64,000 nucleotides of DNA from assembly GCA_964016885.1 (NCBI GenBank), contig OZ024747.1, forward strand, positions 14,384,001 through 14,448,000. Reading direction: 5' to 3'. Source of the DNA: Eledone cirrhosa. Its lineage: Eukaryota. The position numbers were made by a program, and so were the translations under genes. Of the stretch, positions 60,890 to 64,000 are shown piece after piece; within the stretch, counting starts at the first letter, position 1; each line of letters begins with the position of its first letter. The notes beneath the pieces are model-generated. The model was given only the letters and a program-made list of their open reading frames with translations. It searched no databases and was not told the origin of the DNA.

Positions 60890-61220
60890 CATATATATAT
60901 GTATATGTAAATATGTATGAAAAATTATACAGGTATCTTTATGCAGGCTTAATTTAAAAAAAAATCATATAAGGATCTGTCTAATTTATGGCGGGAGATG
61001 ATCGACATGTTGAGAGGTTGAAAGTAATACAAAGTTGCCCTGTTGAACTTCCAGTAAATTTGGTTAAAATACCAGTACCATTCAAGTAATATATATAAAT
61101 GTTATTTTTTCACCTTTGAAAACATTAACATATTTAATCCGTTGGAAACTGAATCCAAATGTGAAATCCTAAAAGTAGGATTTATCATCTTCATATTCTT
61201 CACAATTCTGCTACTATCTA

Positions 61221-61300
<80 letters not shown>

Positions 61301-61303
61301 TAT

Positions 61304-61342
<39 letters not shown>

Positions 61343-61393
61343 CATATATATATATATATATATTCATATATACTTAGATATATATGTGATATA

Positions 61394-61440
<47 letters not shown>

Positions 61441-61577
61441 TCATATATATGTATATTTACACTCATATATAAATATATGTTCATATATATTTATATTTAT
61501 ATATATATATAGATATATATATTCATATATACTTAGATATGTATATATGTATATATATATATAAATATATATCTGTT

Positions 61578-61639
<62 letters not shown>

Positions 61640-62228
61640 CGTACATATATATATATACGCTCATATATATATATATATATACTTACACTCATATATAAAT
61701 ATATGTTCCCTATATATATATATATAGGGAACATATATATATATATACCAATTTTATACGTCTCGACTTTTATTATCTCGCAACTCCCATAGATCTGTAG
61801 ATGATGTGAAAAAACCCGGTTCTTTAAATTATTTATTAATGCTTTTATGGTTGGTGGCAATGAAATAGGTTTGTATTTGTGGGTTTCTATTTTTCACTGT
61901 GTTTGCGAAATGTTCTTCACGTAGCTTTGTATTATAAACAAGTTTTGTTTGACTTCCGGATTTAAATATCTGCTGGTGCTTTTAGGTGTTGTTGTCAATG
62001 CTACTGCTGTTGCTGTTGTGAAAATATTGCTCTTCTTAAAGTGGTTATTGTTGTGGTAGTTGTTGTTCTTGCTTTAGTTGCAGTTAATATTATCCTTGTT
62101 GGTGATAGTGTTGTTGATGGTGATGACGATGTTGAGGATGATGACAATGATGATTGTGATGATGAAAAGAGGAGGAAAAGGAGAAAAACATTAGACGTAA
62201 ATAAATGGAAATTAAGGATAAGATATAT

Positions 62229-62292
<64 letters not shown>

Positions 62293-62293
62293 G

Positions 62294-62362
<69 letters not shown>

Positions 62363-63978
62363 AAAATAACAAAAGATACATTTTACAGCTTCATTCTCAA
62401 GTTTCGCATGATATTAGCACGAGGAAATGGACTCTTCAATTTTATTAGTGATTTATATGACTTATCATACACCCACCCCCTCTCCCCAAAAGGGGGGGGG
62501 GGGGAGGGGATGAGAAACAAATTATATAAAAATAAATACTGCTTGAATTTATTTTGCCACTAAAGGGTATTTTACGAACGTGCAAATATTTTCCATGCTT
62601 TTGTGTATGCATATACGTCGACAGGTTTCACTGAAGGTTTTGCAAATATTCAAGTGTTTTCTTCAGTGAAATTTCCGGGATCAGTAAAAGGTTGCGATTT
62701 AAAAACCTACAGTTGTCAAGAATAAGCATGTTTTTTCTAAATTTTTCTTCTCTATTACATTGGTAAAAGTGTAATACCAAGAGGGAAAAACATTTTTCTT
62801 CTTTCTCAAGCTTCAAACTTGTCTTGACAAAATCTTATTTTCTCGTTTTCTTTTTCAGATATATAAATTTAATGTTGTTCGTTTTTTTTTCTCGCGTAGT
62901 ATTTGAATTATTTAGATTATATATATATATATATATATCATTTAGTTTCCAAAAAGTTTCTGGTAAAGTTTATAGAAATAAAAAGTATTATAGTAATTTA
63001 TAAAAATGTCGGAAAACTTAATAAAAGTATATATTGTTATTTTTTTTCTAAAATAAAAATAGATTTTATATGATTATTTAATACAAAATATGATGAAGAA
63101 AAAAAAATGGTTAAAATTTTGTTTTCACAAATAATAAAAATATTTCATAAGATTTAATACTAAATAGATTTAACTGTTTAATGTTTATACTGCAAGCTGG
63201 GTAAATAATGTATATGGGTTGGTTGGGGTGGAAACAACACTCACTCATATCAGTAAGATCACATTTATATAAAAAAATGTCTAGTTGCTTTTTTTTACGT
63301 ACAAAAACGATGATATCTAACGTGATTGGCACAACACGACATATTAAATCGTTTGCAGTTCTTGACAAGTATTTATTTTTTCTATCACCCCAAGGATGAA
63401 AGCATTGGCGAGTACAATTATATTTTATTTAATGATGTAAAATGGCGATACTAAAATAGCGATATCCTAGTGAATCTGGTACCAAATCCATATTATTTAA
63501 AGGATCGGCTTCAGATTTTATTTGAAGGGACCAGTCGACTATATCACATCCAAGCGTCACTCAGTTCACGATAGGTATTTATGAGATATTTATGAGGGAA
63601 GACGAAGTCGATCTCGGTGGAATTTGAATTGAGAACGTAAAAGGTGGTAATACAATACAAACAATCTTGTCCGCATCATACCTCTATTGGTTTTCCCACC
63701 ACTCAGATGCTATAAATACATACATAGAATTGTAGGGTATCTTGGGCTTTTAACCCTTAGCGAGCCTATCCCGCTCCAGATTCAAAGACAATAGAGTTCT
63801 TCCAAGGAAAAAGGATATATATATATATATATAGTATTTTCCGTAGTGTTGTAATATGAATATTACACACAGTAGATGGACAGCTCACGTAGGGTTTGCT
63901 CGACGGTTCCAGTTGTAGTTTCAAAAGTAATCCGGAGAAAATTGAAGGATTTAAATGGATACAGTTCAGTAAAAGGAA

Positions 63979-63996
63979 TTTATTGACACGTGTTTC
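63979..63996 (-). ncRNA. 3' half of a hammerhead, cut by the window edge
   Basis: GAA ACACGUGU C AAUAAA (palindromic stem III, GUC triplet), with the bulged hairpin downstream. Confidence 0.5.
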
Positions 63997-64000
63997 AATA

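Overview
This is AT-rich eukaryotic DNA packed with microsatellites. No gene can be named, and nearly all listed ORFs are translations of simple repeats. The tRNA-headed SINE families and the repeat landscape point to a coleoid cephalopod, probably octopus (inference). The window holds about 15 copies of a Nin-domain-type SINE, two other SINE families, several MITEs, fragments of RTE and CRE non-LTR elements, a decayed Penelope-like GIY-YIG endonuclease ORF, and a few candidate minus-strand host exons. The main hidden structure is a set of short non-coding elements of many sequence families inserted in (TA)n tracts, often with fold-back arms. They share an RNA architecture: a type I hammerhead ribozyme (about 10 families, with covarying stems, palindromic stem III, and some very large or branched stem II domains) and a conserved bulged hairpin, ACUC-[variable stem]-UY-GAGURCU, near the 3' junction. 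Both motifs also occur in the 3' UTR of the GIY-YIG remnant, which links the set to Penelope-like retrotransposition. All folds were worked out by eye, and repeat boundaries are approximate.
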